Part shown: piece by piece, positions 48,099-58,400 of the stretch | Layout of the letters: each line of letters begins with the position of its first letter | Position numbering within the stretch: the first letter of the stretch is position 1 | Origin: an uncultured virus (IMG/VR IMGVR_UViG_3300008120_000157) | Lineage: Duplodnaviria; Heunggongvirae; Uroviricota; Caudoviricetes; Crassvirales | Direction: 5' to 3' (one strand) | DNA length: 64,000 bases | IMG/VR virus record: IMGVR_UViG_3300008120_000157 | Translations under genes and position numbers: made by a program | The notes under the pieces: model-generated | The model's input: the letters and a program-made list of their open reading frames with translations, nothing else | The model's database searches: none | What the model was told of the DNA's origin: nothing

Positions 48099-48328
48099 AA
48101 GCAACACTACACTTTGAACACGAGGAGCAAGATGAATTGATGGATGCCATCAATGGTTTTAAATGGAGACTTATAGTTTGGGAGCTTGACCAAGACCTAC
48201 GAGGTATAGTCAAGCACGGATACATCGGCAACCGAGAGGCTACTGACGCAGAGATTGCAATGGCTGACTACTGCCGAACAAAACTTAGACGATTAGTTAG
48301 TGATGATGGATTAAATTTAGAAGCATGA
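48095..48328 (+). CDS. Hypothetical protein
   Basis: MKATL.F, W....WELDQ.LR...KH. Confidence 0.55.
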   Translation: MKATLHFEHEEQDELMDAINGFKWRLIVWELDQDLRGIVKHGYIGNREATDAEIAMADYCRTKLRRLVSDDGLNLEA

Positions 48329-48432
48329 AAAATAAAAACAGAGATATTCAAGAACTAAGTGCTTATGGTACTATGATAATAGTAAGTATACTGGCTATTA
48401 TTTTAATTTTTGCATTTATTTTTAGATTCTAA
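48325..48432 (+). CDS. 35-aa membrane micropeptide
   Basis: MKNKNRDIQELSAYGTMIIVSILAIILIFAFIFRF; coupled on both sides (ATGA, TAATG). Confidence 0.5.
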   Translation: MKNKNRDIQELSAYGTMIIVSILAIILIFAFIFRF

Positions 48433-49118
48433 TGCAACGAAATAAAGCTTATTGGGTAGATAAATTAGGTGAAGATTGGACAATAGCCCTAAAAGATATC
48501 TTAAAAAGTCCGTACATGGAAAGACTTTTAAACTTTTTGGCAATGGAAGCAGCTTTTAAGAGCATATATCCTAGCAGCAAAGATGTTTTTAAGCATTTTA
48601 AAGAAGTTAGTCTTGCAGATGTGAGATTAATAATCAGTTACACGGAACCAGGAATAGATTCAAGTATCTTTCCTATGGACCGCAGTGATGAGTATATAGA
48701 CTCTTATCATCATGCTAATTACATGAAAATTTCTGAATGTATAAGTCGTGAGTACCCAGACAACGGTGTGTTTACTTTTGATCATTTTCCCGAAGAGTGG
48801 ATAAGCCAGGGAGTATTATTGCTTCCAAGGGCTTTTACTGTTCCTACACAACAAGCTGGTGCACATCTGGTGCAGTGGCGTAGATTTTACGAGGCAGTTT
48901 TACAAGCAGTAGTTAGGGAAAAGCCAGGAGTAATCTGGTTTTTGTGGGGAGATGAAGCTAAGAAATATTCCAATAGTCTACCTAATCAACATGTCTACAG
49001 CTGGGAGTGTCCTAGCAAAGCTGTTAAAGAAAACAGAGATTGGCATTGTCCAAATTTTAAACAAGCAAATAAACTTATAAGTAAATTAAATGGAGATAAT
49101 TTTCAAATTACCTGGTAG
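48432..49118 (+). CDS. Family-1 uracil-DNA glycosylase homolog with substituted catalytic motifs
   Basis: W...L, IYP...DVF, WISQGVLLL, W..F, FLWG..AK and F..AN are retained; GQDPY, LLLN and HPSP are altered. Confidence 0.75.
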   Translation: MQRNKAYWVDKLGEDWTIALKDILKSPYMERLLNFLAMEAAFKSIYPSSKDVFKHFKEVSLADVRLIISYTEPGIDSSIFPMDRSDEYIDSYHHANYMKISECISREYPDNGVFTFDHFPEEWISQGVLLLPRAFTVPTQQAGAHLVQWRRFYEAVLQAVVREKPGVIWFLWGDEAKKYSNSLPNQHVYSWECPSKAVKENRDWHCPNFKQANKLISKLNGDNFQITW

Positions 49119-49485
49119 GTTTAATAGTCCTAGATGTAAATCAGAGTTTACTCAAGATGATTTAGATGGTATTTATGACGATTTTATCGCAGGTATGATT
49201 CAAGTAGATTTATATCAAAAGCATGCTATTAATAGATCAATTTTAGAATATTTAGTAACTAATTATTATATTAAAGGTTCTAGTGCATTTGCAGCAGCTT
49301 ATACTAAATTTACTATAGGAATTTTAGGACATAAAGATTCTGCCTATTTTACAGAAAAAGAAATGTTAAATCCCAAAGAATATACTTGGGAAAGTTTATC
49401 AAAAAAAGAAAGATTATTTTATGAAAAATACACAAGAAAACTCGAAAGAGAGCGATACTACACTAGATATCGTAGCAATGGTTAA
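49090..49485 (+). CDS. Hypothetical protein
   Basis: 131-aa ORF; GHKDSAYFTEKEM. Confidence 0.5.
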   Translation: MEIIFKLPGRFNSPRCKSEFTQDDLDGIYDDFIAGMIQVDLYQKHAINRSILEYLVTNYYIKGSSAFAAAYTKFTIGILGHKDSAYFTEKEMLNPKEYTWESLSKKERLFYEKYTRKLERERYYTRYRSNG

Positions 49486-49897
49486 AGATTGGAGTTCTGT
49501 ATTTGGTGCGCCAATAAAAGAAACAGAAGGATTTCCTGATGTAGATCGAATGAGATTAGCAATGGATCTTATTGATGAAGAGTTTATGGAGACTGTACAA
49601 GCTATTGATCATAAAAACTTTGTAGAAGTTAAAGACGGCTTAGGTGATTTATTGTGGGTAGTAGTACGTGCTATGATGGAATTCGGAGTAGATCCAGAAA
49701 CTACTATTAGAGAAATTTATCGATCTAATATGTCAAAAGCAGATTATACTGAAAAAGATGCATTAAAGACAAGAGATAAATATAAAGAACAAGGTATTGA
49801 TACTTACATGCGCATTCGCAAAGATATTTATATAACTTATAATGCAGAAACTGGTAAAATACTAAAAAGTCATAACTTTATAGCACCAAAGCTTTAA
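49421..49897 (+). CDS. MazG/HisE-like all-alpha NTP pyrophosphohydrolase
   Basis: LIDEEFME, EVKDGLGDLLWV, EIYRSNMSK, GKILKS..F..P. Confidence 0.85.
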   Translation: MKNTQENSKESDTTLDIVAMVKDWSSVFGAPIKETEGFPDVDRMRLAMDLIDEEFMETVQAIDHKNFVEVKDGLGDLLWVVVRAMMEFGVDPETTIREIYRSNMSKADYTEKDALKTRDKYKEQGIDTYMRIRKDIYITYNAETGKILKSHNFIAPKL

Positions 49898-49899
49898 TA

Positions 49900-50067
49900 A
49901 TGTATAAAATAATACCCATTAAACGATATTACTATACTAAATTTGCAATAGCAAAGAAAGTAAAATTTCGTGTATGGGTATTTATACTAAACCATGAAGA
50001 TATGGTTTTTACATTAAGTACTGTCAAAGCAGCAGAAGTCTACATTAATCAAGTTAGTAAATTATAA
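49900..50067 (+). CDS. 55-aa basic protein resembling 32026-32220
   Basis: MYKIIPIKRYYYTKFAIAKKVKFRVWVF... Confidence 0.45.
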   Translation: MYKIIPIKRYYYTKFAIAKKVKFRVWVFILNHEDMVFTLSTVKAAEVYINQVSKL

Positions 50068-50071
50068 TTTT

Positions 50072-50380
50072 ATGAAGATCGGACAACAAGTTATTTGTAT
50101 AGACGATAGTATTAAAACTGGAGAACTTTTTAATGTAGGACAGCATTACCAAAATTGGATTAAAAAAGGAGTAAAATACACTATAAGAGCTATATTAGAT
50201 AATCAAGATATTGTAACAGGTATATTATTAGAAGAAGTTGTAAATACTCCTATTTATATTAAGTTAATTGATAAAACACAGGAACCTGCATTTAGACTTG
50301 ATAGGTTTCGAGAATTACAAGAACCTGATAAATTAGAAGTATTATGTATAGAAGAAGAATTATTACGTCTAGAGTTATGA
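50072..50380 (+). CDS. Hypothetical protein
   Basis: MKIGQQVICIDD, G..YTIR, LLEEV.N, F...RFR. Confidence 0.55.
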   Translation: MKIGQQVICIDDSIKTGELFNVGQHYQNWIKKGVKYTIRAILDNQDIVTGILLEEVVNTPIYIKLIDKTQEPAFRLDRFRELQEPDKLEVLCIEEELLRLEL

Positions 50381-50664
50381 CGCAACAAGATTTTATTTAT
50401 CAAGCTGCAAGATTTTTTTTGCATGATGAATTTTATGATATACCAACACAATTAGAAATTTTAATTAACAGTGATCGTGTATATGATATTCCTTATATAG
50501 AATATGCAGAAGTATATAGAACTATGCATAAAGCTGATTTGCTAACAGAGATAGGACACTTAGCAGGATTGTTAAAAGTTGCTTATACAGAAGGGCAAAA
50601 AAATAGAAAATATGAAAGAACAAGAATTTCAAGAAGTACTTCAACAGAGGTTGAAGAAGATTGA
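50377..50664 (+). CDS. Hypothetical protein
   Basis: Likely start MTQQDF (ATGA overlap). Confidence 0.45.
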   Translation: MTQQDFIYQAARFFLHDEFYDIPTQLEILINSDRVYDIPYIEYAEVYRTMHKADLLTEIGHLAGLLKVAYTEGQKNRKYERTRISRSTSTEVEED

Positions 50665-50944
50665 GGAAACTCTCGGCAATAAAGCCAAAGAATATGCTGC
50701 AGAAGGAGATAAATTACATAATTTTAATGTAGGCGCTAGAATTACTGGTCAAATACGAGAAAAAGTACTTTGGGGTTTTGCCCTTAAACACTACATATCT
50801 TTTATGGATATCCTTGACAACATGGAATTAGGTAAACTTCCTAGTGAAGCGATGGTAGATGAAAAAATTGGAGATTTAATAAACTATCTAGTCCTTGTTG
50901 AAGCTAGTATTAAAGACAAACTAAATGGAGAACTTCCCTACTGA
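50612..50944 (+). CDS. DUF1599/Nmad1-like all-alpha nucleotide-processing protein
   Basis: K..EYA...DKLHNF, KH, EKIGDLINYLVL. Confidence 0.55.
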   Translation: MKEQEFQEVLQQRLKKIEETLGNKAKEYAAEGDKLHNFNVGARITGQIREKVLWGFALKHYISFMDILDNMELGKLPSEAMVDEKIGDLINYLVLVEASIKDKLNGELPY

Positions 50945-51305
50945 TGACGCTATAAAGTACATTACAATGCTTACTGCTTTTCAAGTAGTATTAAATTGTC
51001 AATTAGATTTAGAAGGAAGTGTGTATTTATCTGGTAAGTCTAAACAGAAAGTGCGTGAAGCTATTAACATGTTAAATCTTGAACACTCAAAAAATCATAG
51101 AGCTATTTGGAATATAGACTCACAAAAAGCAGCGAGTTTAATGTTAGGTTTAGAAATATTAGCTAAAGAAATTTCTGAAAGTAATGGAGTTATTTTATCT
51201 GTAATAACAGAATTAAAAAGAGCCAAATTTGATTTAAGTAGAATTAAAGTAGTAGAAGTAAGTGATGAAGAACTGGAAGAATTGGAAAATCGTAAAGCTG
51301 ATTAA
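50925..51305 (+). CDS. Hypothetical protein
   Basis: 126-aa ORF, last plus-strand gene. Confidence 0.5.
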   Translation: MENFPTDDAIKYITMLTAFQVVLNCQLDLEGSVYLSGKSKQKVREAINMLNLEHSKNHRAIWNIDSQKAASLMLGLEILAKEISESNGVILSVITELKRAKFDLSRIKVVEVSDEELEELENRKAD

Positions 51306-51394
51306 AATATTAACTTGTCAGCATAAATTGTGGGGAGTAAAAGTAGGAGAAGATTATTTAAATTATACATGTTTACATTGTGGCATAACAAAAC

Positions 51395-51423
51395 AAAAAA
51401 AGCGGACTTAGTGCCGCTTTTTT
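51395..51423. terminator. Bidirectional terminator at the strand convergence
   Basis: AAAAAAAGCGG-ACTTAGTG-CCGCTTTTTT. Confidence 0.85.
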
Positions 51424-51457
51424 ATTTATAAACAGTACATTCTAAAAAATTTGCCGT

Positions 51458-54400
51458 CTACTTGTCAAAAATTGTACTACCTGAACGATAAATTCTAATA
51501 GCTTGTGCAGGTCCAGGAATTAATTCTCCTGCATGCACTGCCCATTTAGAATCTCCTTTAAAAGGACCTGAACGAAATTCGTCATTTTCTTTATCATCAT
51601 CAAAATTCTTTTTAATGTCTGATACTAATTCATAAGAATCTTGTACTAAACTAGCCATAGGAATAGCTGTTTTAGTTAATTTTTCAAATTCTAATGGGTT
51701 AGTGTAAAAACCTATATCTGTACGTAAACGAATAGTTTGGTTTAATAAAAAGTTAGTCATCATTTGATCTTCGTCGTCATCGTCAATAGCAGCTTTTAAC
51801 AATAATGCTACTCCCATAAGGCCTAACATAATATGAAGTTCCATCATATTTTTTCGCATATTAGCAGCATCAACTTCTCCAAACTTAGTATCATACCCAG
51901 GTTTCATAAACATTAGTTTTCTTGCTAATTGTTTGAGAGAGTATAATGTATCTTCAACTGCAGAATATTGGGTTTGCATGCCTCCTATTTTTCCAGCAAT
52001 AATACCTATACCTGCACCAATAGCAGTACCGATTCCTGGTAGCATCATGGTACCAATGCCTATACCTGCAGTAGTAAGTTGGCCTAATGTATAACTACGA
52101 TATCTACCTTTGCGAATGTATGGAGTATCCATACCATAGCTTAACATATCGTCTACTTTTTCGCCTTCAAATCTGTTGGCAAATCCTTCAAACATCCATG
52201 TTCTAAATTGGCTTAACGCACGTCCTGCCGCAGTTGATTTGACTTTTAGTTGATTATTATAATCACCGTGAGTCATTTCACTAATGCGCTTAATTTTTTG
52301 AATTACTTTAGGAATATCAGCATCTGTAGTATAGCCGTCTTTTAACTTTGCATTTTGACCCATAGCTTCCCAAAGACTGACTTCATTGCCTTCAGGATCT
52401 TTAGCTTTCATGTCCATTAATACAGCAATCATAATTGGTGCTTGGTTCAAGTATTCAGAACGTTGTTGAATAGTATAAGGGCCGAAGCGTTTAAGTTTAG
52501 AAAGGCTAGACTTTTGTGAATTATCGTAAAGTTCGTTAGCTGAAGTTTGTAGAATATCCCAATCATCCATTAAACTTCTAATCTTAGTAGCAGCTCCATT
52601 AGGATCATTAAATAAGATATCAGCAGACATATTTCTTCCAATAGAATTTAAAGTAAGCATGTATGCTTTACGAAGATTAGCACTATTAATTAATCGACCA
52701 TCTGCACCTTCTATTAAGTTAGATATTAAGCCAAAACCGATGTTAGAAAAACCACTTGTTAAGTTCCATCCTAATCCTTTTAAAGTGCTAAATTTTAAAG
52801 CAGTATCTACAACACCACTAGCAGTGCGGTAGCCTCCTAATGCATCAATCTGTGCTTGTAAGAAAGTTTTTTCGTCTTCATCTTCTTCTTCAGCGAGTAG
52901 TTTTTCTAACTCTTTTTTACGAAGTTCTTCTTCTTTAGTGTAAAGCTTAGTTTTAGTAACACCTTCTACTTTACGAGTACCAGTGCCATAAAAAGTTTTA
53001 AGAAAGAAATCTAAACTATCGTTTAGATTTTTAAGGCCTTCTTTTGTTACAGGAACTTGTTTCCCATTAATAGTTTTAGTCTGTACTTGTCCCGCACGGT
53101 TGGTTTGTAATTCTTTACGTTCTCTAAATGCCTGTTCTACTAGTTTAATCTGGGGCTCAATATTAGTTTTATGTTTATATGCTAAAATATTAAGAGCATA
53201 CGCTTTAAGCACTTTACTAATATCCCAAGATTTATCCTTAGAGAGCATATCTCTAGCTTCTTCTTTAAATTTTTTACGATCTTCAGCTGTTGGGGGATTA
53301 CCAGTTTGTTGTCTAAATGCAATACTTTTCTCACGTACTAGCTCATTAACTCTAGAATCAGTATCTTGAATATACTGTATCTGCACACTTTGTTCGATAT
53401 CACCTGTAAGTGGGTCGATATCAGAAGTAATGCTAGTAGCAAAGTCAGTAGTAGTCTGTAGTTGTTTGAACTTATCCCATAAAGGAGTTATTCCTACCAT
53501 CATCCCTTTTTCAGAAAATAGGTCTAATAGAGTTTTTTCTAGCGTAGGAAGTACTCCCACCCCCATAATACGTTTTTTCTGTGGAGGGAGTAAGTAATTT
53601 AAGCTTTTAAGAGTATCTCTAATATAATTATGATAAGCTAGTAAATCTTCATCTGCTTCAATCTTATCAAAGTTTTTATCGTACCATCCTGTTTCTTTGC
53701 CGTCAGCAAATCTTCTAGGTACTTGAATAATATATTCTCTAAGACCGTGTACAGCGTAGTAACTATTATCTGGTTTAATACGTAAAGAAGGATCTTCTTG
53801 CATATCCATCATTGCGTAAGGAGAATTTTCTCTTAACCATTCTTTAAACTTAACATCTTTCTCATCTTGAGACCAATTAGCATTATTTTGAATACTGTCA
53901 TAAACTACAGTACGTTCTTGTTGGAACTTTTCAATTTTATTTTTAGCACGATCGATAAATAAATTATATCCTTTTTCGCCAAGTTGCTTTTTTAAATCAG
54001 CAATATGAGCCGCTTTTTGCTCTTCTGTGAAAGTCTTATAATTATACACAAACTCTTCAGGAACTAGTGTATCTTCAGGTAAACTATCTGGAAACAAAAT
54101 ACGAGGATCAAACATAATAGTGTTTGCTCTGTTCCAGTCAAAGAAATTTTTAATTAAAGCTGAATCTTTTTTAGTTTTTCCTGTATTTTTATCTCGACGA
54201 TTAAATGCTTGATCAATTAACTCATTACGTTTTTTATAAAACTCATCAGAAAATCTATCTACTAAACGACCTGTTTCTAAACCTCCTGCAGTGCGCTGTT
54301 TTAAGATATCATAGCTATTACCTGACTTTTTAAGAAACTTAGTAGTTAGCTCATCTAGTTTTTTAAAGATATCATTTGCTTCTTGTTGTGCTAGAATATT

Positions 54401-55465
54401 AGCACGTTCAACTGCACTAAATGCAGAGCTCAACATTGGATCTCCTAAACGAGAAAGATTAAGAGTTTCTATAGAAAGTTTATTAGCATCAATAAGATGC
54501 TTATAAATTTCATCTTGTGTAAGATTTCTTCCTGAATACTCTTGCACAAAAGCAGTAACCTGCTGACGTGCTAGAGCTGTTAATCTTGCTTGTAAATCAG
54601 CTGCTTTAGCGGCACGTCCTCTAAACTCTTCACGAATAGCAGGAGTATCAAATTCATACTGATCAAGAATAATATGCTCATCTGCAGGTGTCGAAAAATC
54701 ACCAGCTTTAATCCATAAATTAACAATACGCTGTGCATAAGTCAAATCATCCGCACTAACAGCAGGATTTTTAAGCAACTCTTCTACTTCTTTTAACTGT
54801 ACATCACCGAATTGTAGTACTTCTTCAAATCCTTCAATACCTTGAGAACGCACTATACGTCCTTCTGCTTCATCAATTTCTTGTTTAAGTTCTATGATAT
54901 TACCCGTGATGGTTTTCTTTTTATCTGCAGTATCTGCTTTTTTAAGTAAATCTTTTTGTCGAATAAACTCTGATTGTAGTTTTTTAATTCGAACTTTTTC
55001 AGAAGATTCTATTTGATAAGGTGCAGAAGGGATAATATCTGAACTTTCAAATAAATCTAGCTGTCTTACTTGTTCTATGATAGATGCATTTGGATATGTG
55101 TTAACTAAATTTTCTACTGCCATCGGTTCTTGACGACGTAGATCTCTTAGTTGTTGCTGAGCTTTGTTTACTGGTAAGTAATTATACTTCATTTCTATCT
55201 TGAAAGTATTACCCCAAGCACGTGTAGCCTCAAAACTATGAGATGTATTATTACGTTGGTTGTAATTTCTTAGCTTACTTGCTAATCCTGCAGTGTTTTC
55301 TAGTGTTGGTTGGAAGCCTACAGCTTTTTTTATCTCTGTTGTAGGCTTTACATCTGGCATTTGAAAATTATTAAAAGCAAAAGCTTTGTGGGCAAGGTCT
55401 TCTCCCACTTGTTTTACTAACATTTTCCATTCTTTACTGTTCTTATTGGGACAAGCTATAGCCAT
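51458..55465 (-). CDS. Giant virion-ejected (cargo) protein, 1335 aa
   Basis: Starts MAIACPNKNSKEWKML; GR..SQFRTWM...F..RF and GRYR motifs; C-terminal hydrophobic/Gly-zipper helices; follows the vRNAP genes. Confidence 0.7.
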   Translation of the reverse strand: MAIACPNKNSKEWKMLVKQVGEDLAHKAFAFNNFQMPDVKPTTEIKKAVGFQPTLENTAGLASKLRNYNQRNNTSHSFEATRAWGNTFKIEMKYNYLPVNKAQQQLRDLRRQEPMAVENLVNTYPNASIIEQVRQLDLFESSDIIPSAPYQIESSEKVRIKKLQSEFIRQKDLLKKADTADKKKTITGNIIELKQEIDEAEGRIVRSQGIEGFEEVLQFGDVQLKEVEELLKNPAVSADDLTYAQRIVNLWIKAGDFSTPADEHIILDQYEFDTPAIREEFRGRAAKAADLQARLTALARQQVTAFVQEYSGRNLTQDEIYKHLIDANKLSIETLNLSRLGDPMLSSAFSAVERANILAQQEANDIFKKLDELTTKFLKKSGNSYDILKQRTAGGLETGRLVDRFSDEFYKKRNELIDQAFNRRDKNTGKTKKDSALIKNFFDWNRANTIMFDPRILFPDSLPEDTLVPEEFVYNYKTFTEEQKAAHIADLKKQLGEKGYNLFIDRAKNKIEKFQQERTVVYDSIQNNANWSQDEKDVKFKEWLRENSPYAMMDMQEDPSLRIKPDNSYYAVHGLREYIIQVPRRFADGKETGWYDKNFDKIEADEDLLAYHNYIRDTLKSLNYLLPPQKKRIMGVGVLPTLEKTLLDLFSEKGMMVGITPLWDKFKQLQTTTDFATSITSDIDPLTGDIEQSVQIQYIQDTDSRVNELVREKSIAFRQQTGNPPTAEDRKKFKEEARDMLSKDKSWDISKVLKAYALNILAYKHKTNIEPQIKLVEQAFRERKELQTNRAGQVQTKTINGKQVPVTKEGLKNLNDSLDFFLKTFYGTGTRKVEGVTKTKLYTKEEELRKKELEKLLAEEEDEDEKTFLQAQIDALGGYRTASGVVDTALKFSTLKGLGWNLTSGFSNIGFGLISNLIEGADGRLINSANLRKAYMLTLNSIGRNMSADILFNDPNGAATKIRSLMDDWDILQTSANELYDNSQKSSLSKLKRFGPYTIQQRSEYLNQAPIMIAVLMDMKAKDPEGNEVSLWEAMGQNAKLKDGYTTDADIPKVIQKIKRISEMTHGDYNNQLKVKSTAAGRALSQFRTWMFEGFANRFEGEKVDDMLSYGMDTPYIRKGRYRSYTLGQLTTAGIGIGTMMLPGIGTAIGAGIGIIAGKIGGMQTQYSAVEDTLYSLKQLARKLMFMKPGYDTKFGEVDAANMRKNMMELHIMLGLMGVALLLKAAIDDDDEDQMMTNFLLNQTIRLRTDIGFYTNPLEFEKLTKTAIPMASLVQDSYELVSDIKKNFDDDKENDEFRSGPFKGDSKWAVHAGELIPGPAQAIRIYRSGSTIFDK

Positions 55466-55471
55466 TATAAA

Positions 55472-58400
55472 TTATTTACCACAAATTAACAAATATTTTT
55501 CATACATATCTTCATCCATTTCTCTTGTTGCAAGGAATTCATCAGAGAAAGCACGATTAAATGCTTCCCAATCATCAGGTGAAGGTGTGAATGTATCTTT
55601 TTCTTGGAAACCAGAAGGTAGAGACTTTTTCTTAACAGCTGGAGATATTTTACTTGTATCTAGTTTATTAGTAAAAGGCTGAGCAGGTGTTTGAATACTT
55701 CTAAGCTCGTCTCTTACTTCCATAAGTAATTTTGGAAACTCTTTGCCCCATTTAGTTTTATCTTGAGTATGTGTAAGAGTAGCGTTACCTGTAGCAAGTA
55801 GTTTAGCTAGAGCATCTGGATTTTGTTCAAAAGATTCTTTTAGTAATTCTTTCATAATTCTAGAAGAATTTTTATCCCATTCTTTTGTATCTAATCCTGT
55901 AATTGTTCTGCCTAATGCTTTAGCTTTTGCTCCTGTAACATTCATTAATTCTAGTACAATAGGTAATCTATCTCCTATACCCATAGATGAATATCTAAAT
56001 TTAGCAGCTTGAAATGCTCCTTCTACTGTATTAAAAGTACCATGGATAGTCACGACACTTTTAAAAGGCCTAACAGCAAAATTACTTAACTCAGCATTTT
56101 CTCCTGTACCTGCATAAATATTAATAGTTGTGTTAGATAGTATACTAGGTTCTGTAGTAGTATCAAATCCTGTTAGAGTTGCTTTTATTCCTGGAGCAGG
56201 CGCAAAAAATACATCGTCTTGTAGTGATTTTCTTTGTGTAGAATCGATCAAATCAATAGTTTCTTTAACTGCAGAAGCTAAAGCTGTACCTGCTTTAATA
56301 TCTATACCTAAAGAATTTAAGAGTTGTAACAACAAATCTTTGAGTTTATCCATCATAGACTTGTCTTCTACTTTTACTTTATTTAACCATGCCTGGAATC
56401 CTTGGTCAGTAAGCGCCATAGTAACAAACTCTGTAAGTTTGATAGCACCGTAGTATTTACTTAAACCTTTATCTGTAGTAAAAGGAGTTCTTGTAGCAGG
56501 GTCTGCTTTTGCCCAAGTATTAAATTTTTCTATAAATTCATTTAACTCATTACGATTTCCTTGAGTTTCTAAATAATTAATATAACTTAACTGTAAAGCT
56601 TTTAGGTTATCAATAATCTTTACTTGTTCAGCAGTAAGTTTATCCATTCTACCTGCCTGATAATCTCTAATCGCCTCTCCTGTAAAAGTATGAATTAGTT
56701 CATGTGCTACAGTATTAGCAAGATCGTTAACTGTTTTATGATTTTGATGATTTAAATTTATAAACAAAGTCTTAGTTGCATATTCATATCTGCCTCGAAC
56801 ACCAGCTTCTTTTACAAACTCAAATTTAAATCCTTCTGGAAATATTAAACTATGAAGTTTTTCTAAAAGTAATTTGTTAGTAGTACTAACAGTAGGATCG
56901 GATAGTAGTCTATCAACTAGGTCATCAAATGCTCGTTTACCTGACATGTTTGTATCTACACCTAGTTGATTAGGTGGAGTTTGTTGTACAGGATTGTTTA
57001 CAATATTAGGATCAAATGTCTTAGTAGGTTTAACAAGAACACCTTGGATTGTGGTACCTGGAGCAACTACGCTTGGTTTGTTGTCTTTAATCTTAGGTTG
57101 ATAAACAGGAACAACTACAGCATTCTGTGAGTTATACTGTGTAAAACCATAAGTACCTTGTAGTACAGGAATACGGTTGTATTTACGAGTAGATTCATCA
57201 AACTCGTATAATGCGTACTTAGATTTATTATTCTTATTATCATCTCTGATAGTTAAGAAATGCGTCTGTGTCTCAGTCATATCTCCAGATACAGGATCTA
57301 CAACACTTACAAAATTTCTTTCTAATGCTTCTTTATCTAACTCAAATGATTCTGGAACTGTACTTACTTTACCTTTTAAGTCGCCAAGAGATATTGTTTT
57401 AGCAAGGTTTGGATTATTTTGAATGTATTGACGAGTAAAACTACTAGGCATGCTATAAATAGGGTTGCCTAAATCGTCAACTATTCCACCAAAAGTACGT
57501 TCAAAATCAAAAGGAATTCCTTGCAGATAGTTGCCAAACCCTAAAGTTTTTAAGTATCCAATAGGAATATAGCGCATGTATTGTTTAGAACCTTGTATAC
57601 CGCCTTCTAAGAAGGCCGCTGTAATAAGATCTTGTGCAAGAAGTCTAGTAGTATAATCAATACCGTTAAAGTTTCCTAGAGGAACGTTTTTAGAAAGCAA
57701 ATATGCAAAGCCTGCATAAATGCTGCGCTCGTCAAAATTAGCAGCATTACTAGACTCAAAGTTAATTCTTGAAACATCTCCATTACTGTTAAAGTTAAAC
57801 GTAAGTTTATTTAAGAATTGATTGTTTTGATACCAAGGTTGAGTAGATAACTCTTGTAGTATAGTAGCAAGACTTTTGTTTTCACCTTCTTTATCGATAA
57901 ATAATCTTGCTCTTTCTTCATCTGGATTGCCTAAAAATAAACTACTTCCTTCATTAGAATAAAAGTAAGATTTAATATCTTGGAAAATTTCTGTTTGTAC
58001 ATCGGATAACTTAGTGCTGCTAGCAATTACTTTATCTCCACTAGGAATATGTTTAAGAACTTCTTTAAATATTGTTTGAAATCCGTCTGTATTATACGGA
58101 AAATATGGAGCGTAAATATTATTAGCAAACATAGTTCCGTATTTAGAAGCATATCCACTAATAGTTGTTGGTACAAACTCTTTATTTTCTATTGTACCTA
58201 GTAGACTATTTGCATTAAATACATTAGATAAAGGAAGGTTTTCAATCTGAGTTACTTTAGTATTAGTTTCTAACAAAGATTTGGGAATGCCTTTAGATGC
58301 AGTATTAATAGCTGATTGTATTTTCTTAATTTCTTCACCTATTCCATCAAGTTTTAAAAACTTATTTAAAATCATTAACTGTCCTATATTATAGTCAGTT

